This document shows, piece by piece, positions 9,886 through 24,305 of a stretch of 64,000 nt of DNA; position 1 is the first letter of the stretch; each line of letters starts with the position of its first letter. This DNA is from Octopus bimaculoides. Its lineage: Eukaryota. Position numbers and translations under genes: made by a program. A model generated the notes under the pieces. The model worked only from the letters and a program-made list of their open reading frames with translations, was not told the origin of the DNA and ran no database searches. Location: positions 84,526,512-84,590,511 of the forward strand of contig NC_068987.1 of NCBI RefSeq assembly GCF_001194135.2, in the 5' to 3' direction.

Positions 9886-12800
9886 TACTGAATATAACGA
9901 GGCAATATACAGGTTATGGTTTTAGATTAGCGAACAAGTGATTGTGTATCTCAAGATAGAGTGATAACTGCTAACATTGATTTTCTCATCCCGCTTTACA
10001 TTGTGAAGTGGCTGTTATCTCCCTTCGTATTGATGGTCATCCAGATCGCCCTTCGTGTGTAACATTATATAGTATTACCCAAAAGGAACTGTTAAAGGTT
10101 TCATAATAGAATTATAAAGGACGAAACGGTAAGTGAACATGATGTGAATAGATGTATGTTTTGTAAATATTAAATCATTTGATTGTCTATGAAATATAGA
10201 GAATATTTATGGTAAAATGGCCAAACAGAATAAACAGTGTCTTTCTGCCGACGAACTTTGAATCAATACCTTACAGCTATTGGATTTGAAACAAATACTT
10301 CAAATAAACGAAAATGTATTACTCCACTGTAGCGAAATACTATTTTGCCAATCATATAAGCATTTTGAGATCAAACTGAATTTACTCCTTTCTTAGTTAG
10401 AAGTGTTCAGTCCAATCGAATTGAAAAATTGAATGGTGCTAGCAGTGCTATGTTCTTTGGACAGAATAGTTTCAAATGTATCATGAAGAATAGATGAGAA
10501 GAACCAAACGTAATGCAGTGGAAGCGAAATTCTTTTAAATTGAAATTGAAATTAGAAGTCAGGTTCACTTCACTGACCTTTAGTTTGTTCCATTTTTGGT
10601 ACTTTTCTTAGAACACGATCGTAAAAATGTAGTCCTCGTAATTAGCATATACTTTACGTGTTATCTAGGTAGTTTAGTGACAGGAAAATGTATTTATAGA
10701 TTACAGTAGAAAAGCGAAACTCCAGTAGCAACAGGGGTTGAAGAAGAGAGTGGAGATTCTACATCATTAATTCCGATTTTCAATTTTGTATGTGTTGGTT
10801 CAAAGTACAACTACAATTAAGCCAACAGTCAGGCTTCTTTTATTTAGGTAGTGCACGTATTACTAAAGGAGACTACGATAAAATAAATGCTAGATTACGC
10901 TGTGCGGTTCGTTATAACAATGGGATTTACTGCTTTGCTAATTGCCATGCTACACCTTCACCCTGTAGTATTGTTCGAACAATCACATTTGGCTTATGCT
11001 ATGAATTCTATTGTGTAATCTATAAATTACAAATACTTGAATATCTCTTGTTTCAACACTATACTATACATTACAATTATATTTAATATATATTCGTAGT
11101 TGGTTTTAATGCAACTAGTTAAAGCGTAGTAAGATCCAACTATTTATGTTGGTTATAAACACTGTGTTAGCTGTGTATACTTGTCGTGCTGAGTTCCAAA
11201 ATTTGCTTCATTTCTCAGCTCCATTACATCGACATCTGCAACGAAAATGCTTAGTATATCTTCTTGTGTTACATATTCTACGGTGAACCGAAAATGAAAA
11301 CGTCTATACCATATTGTTAAATAAATGAATTCACTTTGCACATTTTCAGGCGGTAATTCCGTTAAGAAGTTATATGAACTGATTTGCGGGGGGAATCATA
11401 TCTGAGTCAAAATTTTCATAAATGTTTCTTTATAATTAATGACAATGATTTGAAATTCCTAAACATGCATTCCATTTTATTTTCTTAACAGGCTGGTTAC
11501 CCTGTTCCCAAGGGATGTAGGTGACCAAGATCACAACATCCCACCCCGCTAAACGGGACTCCAGCATGTTTCAGGGTTCAAGGAAAACTATATTTCGAGG
11601 CGATGGGGGAATGTTGGTCACATCGATCCATGTACTTTACTGGTACTTAATTTCATCGACCGTGATGATGTTGACCACAACGAGATTTTAACTAAGAAAG
11701 TAACGTGCCAGAAGAATTATCACTAAGCCTTTCGTCTAACGTGCTAACTGTACTGTCAACTCACCACTTTAAAATATGCAAATATGTAATATGAAGGCCA
11801 TATATATATTATCAAAATTTTCTCTCTTGACATTACAGAATGCATAAGGTTCTTGTAAACATACACTACATGGATTATTTTCGGAGAGTTCGTTAGCATT
11901 TCGTACATATTCTCGTTTTTAATTTAGACACTGTGTAGTAACCTTATTATTGGTATGAGCTTAATTAGGTGAAGGTGTTTAAGAAAAATATCAAATGGGA
12001 ACGCAAAAGAATCGGAGCAGACAACGCAAGGGTTTTCTCCTGACGTTTTAACAATTCTGCTGTGAGGTGATTATCTTCTTCGGAAGGATGAAAAGTACTG
12101 GTGCCAACACTGAGATTTAGACTCAGAATTTAAAGCCACAAGAGTTTGGTGTAGAACATTCTATTAGGTATTAACGATTTTACTAATTCGCAGTTCACAC
12201 GTTAATTCATCGATTAACACATGTCTACAGTTTCTTCTAACAAATTTTATTTGGCCTTGGAAATGTTCTCAATAAAATATGTTCGATACTTTGTAATAAA
12301 GTTTGAGCACACTAAGTATGACAAACTGTGTCTTCATCTCGTAGCTTCAGGACACTGATCGATAGTTGCTTAGGTACAGAGCATCAATAGCATATCTAAA
12401 GTTTACAAGTGGTCTGGTAACTAATATTCCGTTGTACTTCTTTGTCTGAATATTCGCTGTGGATAAAATCGCATGATTTCGTTTAATGTTGGATCACGTT
12501 TAATCATCAGGAGAAATGTACTCCAGTGATTGATTAACACTGGAATGAATGCATTACTGATTGATTCGATCAGGAAGATATTGTTTAGATCACATTAAGT
12601 TTACCAGGAAGAAGCCCTCGCATATCTTAGTTTAACAACACTGTTTATATATACAATTACATATATATATATATGTGTGTGTGTGTGCGTGCGTGCGCGC
12701 GTGTGTGCATGTGTGTATGCGTGTATCTATGTTGTATGTATACATGGCAGAATGGCTAAACCAGTGAACCAAATTATTTACAATGTGTACAAATCTCATT

Positions 12801-13325
12801 GAGGTTAATTCTGCCTTATATAAACATACACGTATGTTTCTTTGTATGTATGTGTGTGTGTGTGCGTGTGCACGTGCATGTGTGTGTTCTAATTCCTTTA
12901 AATCTAGTAACACTAGTACTAGATCTGCATCAAAGCGAATAAAAAAAATTACCTTCGAAAAGGAATAACCAGGGATAAAAGCAAACTGGAGATGGTGACT
13001 CCCAGATTCTCAATCTTTGTACAATGGGATCGAATTCTGGGAATTTACCAACATGAAATCAGCTGGCTTTAACTGAATAATATTAAAAGTCTCTGCATTA
13101 AGATGGGTGCTCTGACAGTCCCAATAACTGATACGTTTAGAATAAAGCTTTACTTACCTTGAATATTTCGAACTCATCGACTGAGGAAGGTGTCTACGTA
13201 AAGGTCACTTTACTTTATTAGTAGGAACATGTATATTAAATGTATTCAAAACTTCAACATTAGGTTTCTTTCTTATTCTCACATATATAAATGCATATGC
13301 ATGCACGTTGAGAAAATAGTTTTAA

Positions 13326-13486
13326 TGCAAGCGTGGCTATGTGGTAAGAAGCTTGCTTACTAACCAAATGGTTCTGGGTTGATTTACATTGTGTGGTACC
13401 TTGAGCAGGTGCCTTATACTTTGGCCTTGGGCCAACCAAAACCTTGTGTGTGAACTTGGGAGACGGAAACTGGAACAAGCCCATCG

Positions 13487-13537
<51 letters not shown>

Positions 13538-13808
13538 AAATAAGTGCTTGTGTGATTGGGTGTGTATTTATATATGTGTGTCCTTGTGCTTGTCTTGTGT
13601 TCGCTAGCACCGGCTTGACAACCAGTGTTGGAGTGTTTACGACCCCGTAATTTAAGGGGTTTGGCAAAGGAAACCGGTAGAGTAAGTACCAAGCTTAACA
13701 AAAAAATTAAGTAGTAGTGTCGATTCATTCCACTGAAAATTCTTCAAGACTGTGCCCCAGCATGCCGCCACCTAATGACTGAAATACGCAAATGAAAGAG
13801 ATAAAAGA
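13326..13808 (+). mobile_element. family B composite SINE (tRNA head + CORE-like box + internal microsatellite + 3' module)
   Basis: GTGGCTATGTGGTAAGAAGCTTGC head, CCTTGAGCAGGTGCC CORE-like box, (TA)n/(TG)n middle, and a 3' module ending GACTGAAATACGCAAATGAAAGAG. Confidence 0.88.
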
Positions 13809-14684
13809 TATATATGTACACACATACACACACACATACACACACGAAAAAAACGCACCTTCCACCACACATACACTCAAGCACACACAAACACAAACAC
13901 ACGCACACATGCATGTAAATCAAAAAAATATACCTTCTGAAGGGATTCGATAACCATATACCTCTTGTGGATATTGATTACATTCACCTTAAATCGTGTT
14001 TATAATTTTGTTTTAGTATATATATTTGATAAATCTCTATGATAAGCTGCTGCGCTTACAATGTTAGTCTGCATGATATCCCTCGGCAACGTCACTGCTA
14101 TCTTTACCGTAAAAAAGATACAGAAGCCATTTTATCGGAACGTACTCCTCTCATAATCTTTAGCAATTAATCTCACAGTTTTAGTTGACATTGTTTTGGG
14201 AGTTGGATTTCGTTGCAGGTAGCGTTGCACATCATCATAAACATTTGAAACGCATCAATAGAATCTCATTCAATATAGAGCAAGGTTATTACCCTATGTT
14301 GATTTATCGCATTATTCACAATAGTTATACATTCAAATTTATCATCAGCTATGCATAGCAATATTTCCAAAGTGAATATCGTTGTGTTCCTATGGATTTC
14401 GTTCAGTATATGCATTAAAACGCTGTAATAACAGCGGTACACCATTTATACAGTCTGCGATCTCCTCAGTTGGATTCTTGAATATTAAGAATACTTTCAG
14501 TCTTGAAAACGGACCAATGAAATCATATCTGTGTGGAATGTATTTGTTTTCTTTGGTTCGATGGTGGAACAATTCGTTCTGTGACATCAACAGGAACACA
14601 CAACCCCAAAGAAAGTGAAAGTTGTATGTCAGTAACACGTTGATGATATTTAGGAACAAACGCCACAGCAGAACAAAACAGCCT

Positions 14685-15041
14685 GGCCCGGGCGACTCAT
14701 TGTATTTTTGAGCAAAACATTTCAATTCACGTTGTTCTAATCCACACAATTGGCAAAAGCGAGTAATCCTGCGACAGACCAGCGTCCTGTCCCAGGCGGG
14801 GAATATATACGCCATGGAAATCGAGAAATAGACCCTTTATGAGTCTATATGATTCTCGAAGGAACTTTATTTAGATGTCTATATGACTCGCAAAGGAACT
14901 TTCTCTTATGAATCTATATGACTCGCGAAGGAACTTTACTTGTGGGTCTATATGACTCGCGAAGGAACTTTACTTACGAATCTATATGACTGGTGAAGGA
15001 ACTTTACTTATGAGTCTGTATGACTCGCGAAGGAACTTTAC
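14685..15041 (+). mobile_element. family D SINE (CORE/V-like body) with tandemly amplified 3' tail
   Basis: TTGAGCAAAACATTTCAATTCACGTTG and CCTGCGACAGACCAGCGTCCTGTCCCAGG motifs. Related degenerate copies at about 19600-19770 and 54200-54260. Confidence 0.65.
14837..15041 (+). repeat. 34-bp tandem repeat x6 with internal hairpin
   Basis: Consensus TTATGAGTCTATATGACTCGCGAAGGAACTTTAC. Units start at 14837, 14871, 14906, 14940, 14974 and 15008. Confidence 0.95.
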
Positions 15042-17386
15042 TTTTTATAAAACACAGATTCAAGTAATGATTTAAATCTGTAAGATCCTGGGTCTCTGAA
15101 GATGATGTTTTATTATGTACCAGATTCACACCTGATAGTCTTCCCTGTGTCGAGTCGTCGCTTCCAAACAGGACAGAAAGCATGTTTATTCTGGTATTTA
15201 GGTGTGAAGACATAACACAGTTGATTTCCATTATGTATCGTCAATAACGAAAAAGTATTCACTTCTTTTCTGACCTACATTTTCCCTTCGCATATTCATT
15301 TCAAAACAATGAAACTGATAAACAACAACATCACTAGAACAGTTTTGACGGATATTTCCAGTTGTCATGGTTCGCACTGTTTCCTCTCCAACTAAACATA
15401 TCAAAAATCTCAAAATATGTCACCAGTTCACCGAAGATTTTTGTTGGTATCTTAAGAATTTCATCTACTCGGAAACTCGCCATCATGGATATAGCGGTCA
15501 TATTCTTTTAAATTCATAATTTTGTTATTATACGTAACAACAATTAATAAAACAAAGTAGGCAACAATTTTGAATATTGTTTTCTAATTTTTAAATCTCA
15601 AAAGAGTTTCTTTTCGTCAAAACCATTCCCCGTGGATTGTACCAGTATTTATCTTCATATCTCCATTATACCACAAGCTGAAAAACCATCTGGAACCACA
15701 GCTCTATCATCTTAATAGATGATACGATAAATTATGTCTTATAAGTGTTGGGTATAGTTATACTTTCTCTAAAATATATATACGTGATGGTGATGTCTTC
15801 AAAGTCTTTGATCATAGAAATGCCGTAGAACTACCAATTAGGTTACTTTTGTTGTTTATTCCCGATCTAAGTCTAAGCAGTAGAAACATCGTAATTGTCA
15901 GCTTCTGGAACATTTAGAGGTGTTAGTTGATTGAATTTTCCATTACATATTACATTGCATTAGTAACTGTAGTTTGAATGCAACATTACTTTGTTTTACG
16001 AAAAAACAATACACACGTCTGTAATTTATAGCTTAGAAAATATACCTATCCCCCCCATCCCACGACATTTCCTTAAAATAGATTGAATTAGAAGACTAAG
16101 TGAAGTATAAACGAAACATTTCTTTCTTGTGGAGAGACGTATTGCACATTTTTTATGATTTATGGACGAAGGAAATGTTATGTTTCTGTTTGCCAAAAAC
16201 ATTTTTCTTGAAACCACTAACATTTATATTTATGCTTTGTTTAATGTGAATAAAATTTAAAGAGAGATAAAAGACAAAGGAAAATGCAAACATTTGTTTG
16301 TGAATATGGCAGATACCACAAAGTGTGTGTATTGCTTTTTCGTTGAATATAAACATGTTTGACAATATATGACAATATAATAGAACCTAAAATATATTTT
16401 GCAGAAAATGAAATACTGCCAATGTTACTCAGTCAAATATTGGCAATCTTGTTACATTTTCTGCAAAGTGGTGGCGTTGTCATTCAAATAAATGTAGCTA
16501 AGGCCAACGAATATTTGTAATTCGAGAAAACAAAAATAAAGCAATGATAAACAAAACAAGAGAAGAAATATATTGTTTGGAACTTAATAGAAATAGCGAA
16601 TTCATATCTAAAAGAAACCAAGTCAAATTGATCAATCAAAAAGTGACATGAATGACAGTTTCTTAGATTTGTAGGGAGCGAGAAATAAAAACTAGTTTCA
16701 TAAAAGTAAGTACATATGACCTGTTAAAAAAATGATATTGTTGTAATTACAAATTTGAAAGTCTAGTCTCGTATTTAGAAATTTACTTAGAAGTCGATTG
16801 TGAGAAATATTTAAATACATTTACGTCGTTATACATATAGAACGCATCACATATTAAGGGGTGGTGGAAGTAAATGGTTTTGTATAAAGTAGCAATATTT
16901 GTAATGGCCTATCTTTTTATAATTTGATACATGTTAGATCTCAATAGAACATTTTATGGAAGTTCTTTTTTTATGGAAGTAGCGAAGCTATTTCACTTGA
17001 AAAGTTTAACAATCAAAGACCTAGTTTTACTATCGATTGGACAAGTACTTCTTGTTTTACTTGTGTCTGATACAAACACAGGAAAATCAACAATATTCGA
17101 CGTCAGACAGTTGGAATAAAACATTTTTTGATAAACTCTGACAGGTGAAGTGTTTTGATGTGCACATTTAGGAGAATTTTTTTAACAAAGTTTGTTTCAT
17201 ACTAAATGTATAAACCTTATTGATACGCATTAAAATCTACCAATGAATTTTAGAAATATTTTTTAAATTTATTCTCTTGATAAATAAAAAGGTGTTACAC
17301 CTATTCTGCAACTGACAGTAGATATAATTCCTAATCATAGTTAGGTTCAATTATTGTTAACAAACATCTATGAAAGAAATATTTTT

Positions 17387-17766
17387 GTTGGCACTCCGTC
17401 GCTTATGACGTCGAGGGTTCCAGTTGATCCGATGAACAGAACAGCCTGCTCGTGAAATTAACGTGCAAGTGGCTGAGCGCTCCAAAGACACGTGCACCTT
17501 TAACCTAGTTCTCGGGGATATTCAGCGTGACACGGTGTGACAAGGCTGGCTCTTTGAATTACAGGCACAACAGAAACAGGAAGTAAGAGTGAGAGAAAGT
17601 TGTGGTGAAAGAGTACAGCACGGTTCGCCACCATCCCCTGCCGGAGCCTCGTAGAGCATTAGTTGTTTTCGCTTAATAAACACTCACAACGCCCGGTCTG
17701 GGAATCGAAACTGCGATCCTATGACCGCGAGTTCGCTGCCGAAACCACTGGGACATTGTGCCTCCA
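17387..17766 (-). mobile_element. tRNA(Arg)-like SINE, family C, full length
   Basis: Head TGGAGGCACAATGTCCCAGTGGTTTCGGCAGCGAACTCGCGGTCATAGGATCGCAGTTTCGATTCCC. TSD-like GAAAGAAATAT (17372-17382) and GAAGGAAATAT (17768-17778). Confidence 0.9.
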
Positions 17767-18784
17767 CGAAGGAAATATATTGAACGCTAAATGGACATAA
17801 TTATATAATGAGTAAAAAGAAAGAATGTTATTCATTTAGTAGTACAAATTTTCATTTTTCGGCAAAAAGAGAAGCAACTCCAATAGATTATTACAGTTAT
17901 TAGACTTCCTCAGCCATGTTTAGCATCCTTGTAAATGTTCAAATAGCAAAGCTCATTAGGTCACCTAAATCATTTTAATAGGTCAGAGGCTAAAATACTT
18001 GACTTTTGTTAATTATCAGAGAAATGAACATGTTGCCACCATACAAAGTCTTTATATTTTGATGTCATATTTTGATTTACATTTCTACCGATTAGAATAG
18101 AATATTTTTGGAGATAACATTTAAGGTTTTAGCTTGTTTTAAGTTTCATTTAGGCACAAACAACTACAGATGTTTAATTATTAAATTTAATTTATTTTTA
18201 ATCTACTTCGTGCCACAGACATATTGATTTCAAACTACTCGAACATCTAAAGGACTATGTTGACAAACATGTTCTTTGTAGTATTTAGTGAAATATGATA
18301 GGGATTTTATTTTCAGTTCTATTGATGGAACCTATATAGGTTTTTGCCACTGTCATAACTCCACAATAAACTAAACGCTTCTATCAATAATCTATAGCTG
18401 TCTCTTTCTCTACTTAGCTTCTAACTTACAATTTCGCTTTAACGCTCAGATAATTGTTGGTTTCATAAAATCAAACAACCTTTGCCTTTTATGTGACATA
18501 ATTAACTCAATTATTATTCACTGAATCTCAACTACGTCCACAAGAACTGATCTTTTAAATTGATAGCCTCTCATCTTCATAACTGACCAAAGGAAGGGTC
18601 GAAACATTATAGTTAACAATATTTTTGAAGTATTCTCATTTTTATTTATTTAGATAGGAGGTTTTCTGTTTCATCAGTTATACTTTTATTGATAAAGAAA
18701 CAATAAAAAATATTTCTAAACAAGTGCTTATGCAAATTTAAATTTCATGAATTTGAAGGACTTATATTTCATTGGTTTCAAATG

Positions 18785-19128
18785 TTGGTACATGGCCATC
18801 ATTTTGGGTGTGGGGTAAGTCGACTAAATCGAACCCAGTGCTCAACTGGTGCCTATGTCATCGATCTCAAAAAGATAAAACGCAAAGTCGACCCCACCGG
18901 AAATGAAAATCAGAACATAAAGATAGCAGGATCGCCAGTTCGCCGGGTAAAACGCTTAGCGGTATTTCGTCCGACTTTACGTTCTGAGTTCAAATTCTGC
19001 CGACGTCGACTTTGTCTTTAATCCTTACAGAGTCAATAAAATAAATACCAGTCAATTATTGGGATCGATGTAATCGACTTAAGCCCTTCCCTGAAATTGT
19101 TGGCCTTGTGGGAAAATTTGAAACCAAT
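18785..19128. mobile_element. two 5'-truncated family A SINEs in inverted orientation
   Basis: About 18785-18930 reads as minus-strand family A and about 18935-19128 as plus-strand family A. Confidence 0.8.
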
Positions 19129-20570
19129 GTTAGACAGATATACTGAATGTATTGGAGTATTTCGTTTCAATCATTCTCATGCTATGATCTGGATTTATAT
19201 TTGGTCTAAATTAATAAACATCTATCATTGACACATTTAAGGTAATTCAATTGACATTTGTGTTTATACCTTCGAAATTTACAGCTGTACGTTATCAAAT
19301 GAAAATAATCATATTTGAGAGCGTTCCCTCTTTTATAATCAAACACCCAGTAGTTTTATCAGTAAAACTGGTCCTTATTTTCTTATTTCTATAAATTCAT
19401 TTCATGATTTTGAAATATAAATGACGTTGGTAATTATAGGCAATAAATATAAAAATAGCACACATAATTATCGTTGATTAACAGTAATTCACATTAAAAG
19501 TATAATCATATTATTATTGTAGATACTGAAAGTGTGGGCCCGTCGTATAGCGATTATCATATTGCATTCATGATCGCAACATTATATTTTCAATATCTGG
19601 ATCGTGCGGAAACTTGTGCTCTTGAGCAAAACACATTATTTCACGTTGCTCAATTCCACACAGCTGACAAAAAATAGTCAACCTTCGCTGCACGGGTCTC
19701 CTATCCAGTGGGGAAATATATACGCTACAGATTCCGGAAAATCGACCAAATAACGCTGTGGATCGTGTAGGACCATTTATAATGATTTTAGGTAAATAAA
19801 AGGTGAAGAATGCAATGGATATTATCGTCATAATTGTTTACCGTGAAAAATATTACAACTCCGATTATTGTTATGTATTTAACATACGCAATAATATCAT
19901 GAACAGCATGTAAACTCGTATATTGTAAAATAAACTGTATCAAATAATATTCGTGTCCCAGAATTGAATAATGCAAGGAAAAAACGTTTCTGTGTAGCTT
20001 CCTTTCCCGCAATGAGCACCATACCTAGAAATCTACATGTATTTCATGTGTACATCAAACGTACAATACTGGGGCATCTCATTCTAGCAATATATTTTAT
20101 TGTCTATTAATTTCAAAAACGTTATACCTCTCAGATTAGGGGACTATATACCACTTAGTATATATATATTAATGCAAGAATATAGTCGGGGTTTTCACCA
20201 TACTTGTCAAAAAATGTATTCATCGTGCTCTCCGTGGCACAGTTCAAGTTTTTAAAAATACGTATCTTTAATTTAATTTTATTTAATTACCGCCCTTGCT
20301 TTTCTGCCTCAGGATTAATAATTCAGCGTCCTTCCCTCAAAGCGGAAGTAATTTTAATTGTTTTTTGGAATATTAAATTAACTATATGATCCTTCAGTTG
20401 CATGAATTATATTCGTCCATGGACAATGAAGTAATTATCAATAGCACACAGCAGCGAGTTCAATAAATTGATAACATAACACTATAAAATGTTTGGTCCT
20501 GTCAAAAACTCTTTGAAAGCACTATCATCGCCATCATCATTTGTTTTAGAGTCTTTTTTTGCGTGCGTAC

Positions 20571-20626
<56 letters not shown>

Positions 20627-22299
20627 TTGTGTGTCTGTGTGTGTACACGCACGCGTGCGCAGCCTTCTGCCAAATTAGAAAAAAACCCCATTAAATTATA
20701 TAGTATAAAACTTTACAAGTGGTATTATTTGGCCTGCCAAATCACCTCACAGTAGCGAATAATGTGCCAAGTTTTGATTAATAAATTCCAAAGTGCATAA
20801 GTGTGCTTACTTAATAGTTAAATAGCCCATACTTCAATATGATTAAAATAATCGTGTTTTACTCTATATGAAATAAACGAATTTTCATATTATTCACTAT
20901 CATTAAACGACTTCTAGCATGGATGTCTTACAGAGAAAATGAAGCCATTTTATGTTCGGACCACATTTCTCTTTCATTTCTCTGTCTCTTTCTTTCGATG
21001 CGCAGATTCAGCATTTTACGGCCTGCGGCAAATAAACGTCATACAGGGGAGTAAGTGTTATGTTGTAACGCAGCCCACTGAAAGATATAGACTGAAGACT
21101 ATTTAATATTCTATTCAATATTTTATAATGATGTGACAATATATGTCATTTATAATGTTAGATTTCCTCATAACAAATTTCCATAATCCATCGTTCATTT
21201 CTAAAATTTATTGCCTTGGTGTTGAACGTTTGAAAGCGCAAGAGCAATGCAAGCCAATTACCGAAAGTAGTTTTTTTTTTCTTCCTAGTAAACGTCAATT
21301 CACATTACTTATGCAATTAATATTCCAGAAAATGTCACGAAAATTATATAATTTTATTTGCCTTCCCTATAAATCTCTGAGAATTTTGCGAAAATAAAAC
21401 TTCACTTCTTCTAACGCAGTAGTAGTAATAACTGATATATATATATGGAAGGAACGCCGTAGATAGAGTCAAATATATTAAAGGTTTTGCGTTGGGTAAT
21501 TGGGAAGATCAGGTGATTTACATATCCAGCACGACATCAACTGCTGAAATATGCAAAGAATCTTTATTTATTCATATTTAGATAACAAATTAAAAGCAAC
21601 ATAAAATTAAGTATTGGCACGATGATGCGAGTAAATATGGAATTTACACACCTTGGTAATCATAAAAATTATTTTTATGAGGAAAATATCTTTTTCTTGT
21701 ATCAAAGTTTTAAAATACTTGCAAATAAAGGTATGACATGTCGTTAAATATTGATCATAAATGCAGAAATATTTATATTCCTCTTACTAATTAAATCAAT
21801 CAATATATGCTGCTATTAAGAAGAAATATCGACAATTATCACGTAATACTATTGATTTGTTTCGATTATAGAGAAAGCCAATTTCTACCAGGCTGCATTA
21901 GTGTACAAACACAAAATCGAATCATCACAATCACTATATAGCTGGCACACTTAGTCGTAAATTATAAGTCGGTATTGGTGAATACCTGACTTCAGAGATA
22001 AACTAATCCAAATACATATTAGGGTTTCAGCTATAACAGAGCCCATCTCTGATAACACTGCCCTACATGAATACAGGGTTAGTTAACACACGTACAATGT
22101 CGATGTTGCGTAGCCTTTAGTCACAAAGTCCTTTCGAATTACTCATTTCTTCCGAATCAGGGGTGATCACTTTAGTCAAACCACCCTAAAGTAGACTAAT
22201 ACTACATTTATTTAAATAATCTATTGACATACATATACCTGTACATTACTATAAAGGTACATTACTATAAAGGTACATTACTATGAGTTACTATAATTT

Positions 22300-22475
22300 A
22301 CTTCAGGCATTCCGACGATGCTTGTTCCAGTTGATCCGATCAATGGAACAGCCGGCTAGTGGAATTAGTGTGCAAGTGGCTGAGCACTCCACAGACACGC
22401 ATACCCTTAACAAAGTTCTCAGGGAGATTCAGCGTGACACAGAATGGGACAAGGCTGGCCCCTTCAATTAAAAGT
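22300..22475 (-). mobile_element. family C SINE 3' fragment
   Basis: GTTCCAGTTGATCCGATCAATGGAACAG…GTGCAAGTGGCTGAGCACTCCACAGACACG…TTCAGCGTGACAC, homologous to 17387-17560. Confidence 0.85.
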
Positions 22476-22551
22476 ACAACATATTTGCCCAAGTATCTAG
22501 CATGCGGAAGGTAACTATAATCTAATCTGGCGGCGGCGGGAGTTTGAAGTT

Positions 22552-22943
22552 CCTCTTTTACTCTTTTACTTGTGTCAGCCATTTGACTGCGGCCATGCTG
22601 GAGCACCGCCTTTTAGTCGAGCTAATCGACACCAGGACTTATTCTTTGTAAGCCTATTACTTACTCTATTGGTCTCTTTTGCCGAACCGCTAAGTTACGG
22701 GGACGTAAACACATCACCATCGGTTGTCAAGCGATGTTGAGGGGACAAACACAGACACACACACACACACACATATACATATATATATATACATATATAC
22801 GACGGGCTTCCTTCAGTTTCCGTCTACCAAATCCACTCACAAGGCTACTATAGTAGAAGACACTTGCCTAAGGTGTCACGCAGTGGGACTGAACCCGGAA
22901 CCACGTGGTTGGTAAGCAAGCTATTTACCACACAGCAGCTCCT
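22552..22943 (-). mobile_element. family B composite SINE
   Basis: CTCTTTTACT tail, GCGGCCATGCTGGAGCACCGCC module, internal (CA)n/(TA)n, and a head ending TACCACACAGCAGCTCCTG. Confidence 0.92.
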
Positions 22944-24014
22944 GTTTGTAAATGAGTGCAAAGTATGAGAGATTACGGACCATTTGTATCTGGAAGATCA
23001 GTGTTGTACATGTAATTTAGGTCAAATATAAGATAAATATCTAGAAGACATAACATAACGTTGGGCTAAATGTGTTCACATAATTCTACATGTTGGCTTC
23101 AAATTTCATTTGATTGTGTTTTTATACTTGTAATTCATTTACTATTACAACTGAATTATTACATGCAGTAGACTACACTGACTGAAACAAACGTCCATGC
23201 ATTGTCTGCATAATAATCAGGTTTGCAACTGCGTATTCCAAAGAACACGCTACAAATTTAATATAAGGCAAAAAGATATTGGAAGAAGATATAGATATTT
23301 AATAATAAATTTTCGCATCTAAATTAATGATGTAATTGGAATGAAGTTGTAACTTAAATATCCAATATCCAATATCAATCGTTTATTGAAATGAGACATT
23401 AAAGAGGTTCTCTAAAACTTACTACAAACTTACACACCTGTGAGCTACGAAATTTTCTTTAACAGAATTGCAAAAAATCAATACAGAAAAAGCACGATAT
23501 AACATGGTATATTTTTCATCATATAAGAGTACTATTAAAAGAGTTTAACACCGATGAGACATCGGTCATCTCATTCTCGATCAGAGTATGATGGTTCATT
23601 TGCAGTGAATGACTGGAATCTAATTATTATACTTTTATATGAAAGGCTATTGAAATCTGTTGAGTTGAATAACTAAATGATAATAAAGAACGATTTCAGT
23701 ATATCAATACATAAGATCTACGACTCCGATTAATTCCAGCTCTGTGGCAACTAACATGATTCGTCATACATTCTTGACTGAGCGATAATCCTATTAAGCC
23801 AAAGAGATAAGCTGTTATTAAATCAACGAGACGAGGTAATGAAACAATCTACAAAGAGGTTGTAAAGCAACAGCTTAATAGTGACGATAGGCAAACAGCG
23901 ATGTCCTTAGAAATCATTGTTGCTTGGAAATTGCAGACCAATTGAATGTTCTGCCCACGTACATATGCACACACAATGCAACCCACATTTACACACGCTC
24001 ACAACGTCTAACGA

Positions 24015-24046
<32 letters not shown>

Positions 24047-24202
24047 NNNNNNNNNNNNNNNNNNNNNNNNNNNNNNNNNNNNNNNNNNNNNNNNNNNNNN
24101 NNNNNNNNNNNNNNNNNNNNNNNNNNNNNNNNNNNNNNNNNNNNNNNNNNNNNNNNNNNNNNNNNNNNNNNNNNNNNNNNNNNNNNNNNNNNNNNNNNNN
24201 NN

Positions 24203-24257
<55 letters not shown>

Positions 24258-24305
24258 AAGTGACAGTGACAGTGACAGAGAGAGTTATATTACACTATAT
24301 CAAGA

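Noticed and set aside
13175-13215. CTGAGGAAGGTG… hammerhead-like start
   Set aside because: There is no GAAAC and no closing stem II.
14837-15041. CRISPR-like array (34-bp palindromic repeats)
   Set aside because: There are no unique spacers; the units are directly tandem, continue a SINE tail, and lie in a eukaryotic context with no cas genes.
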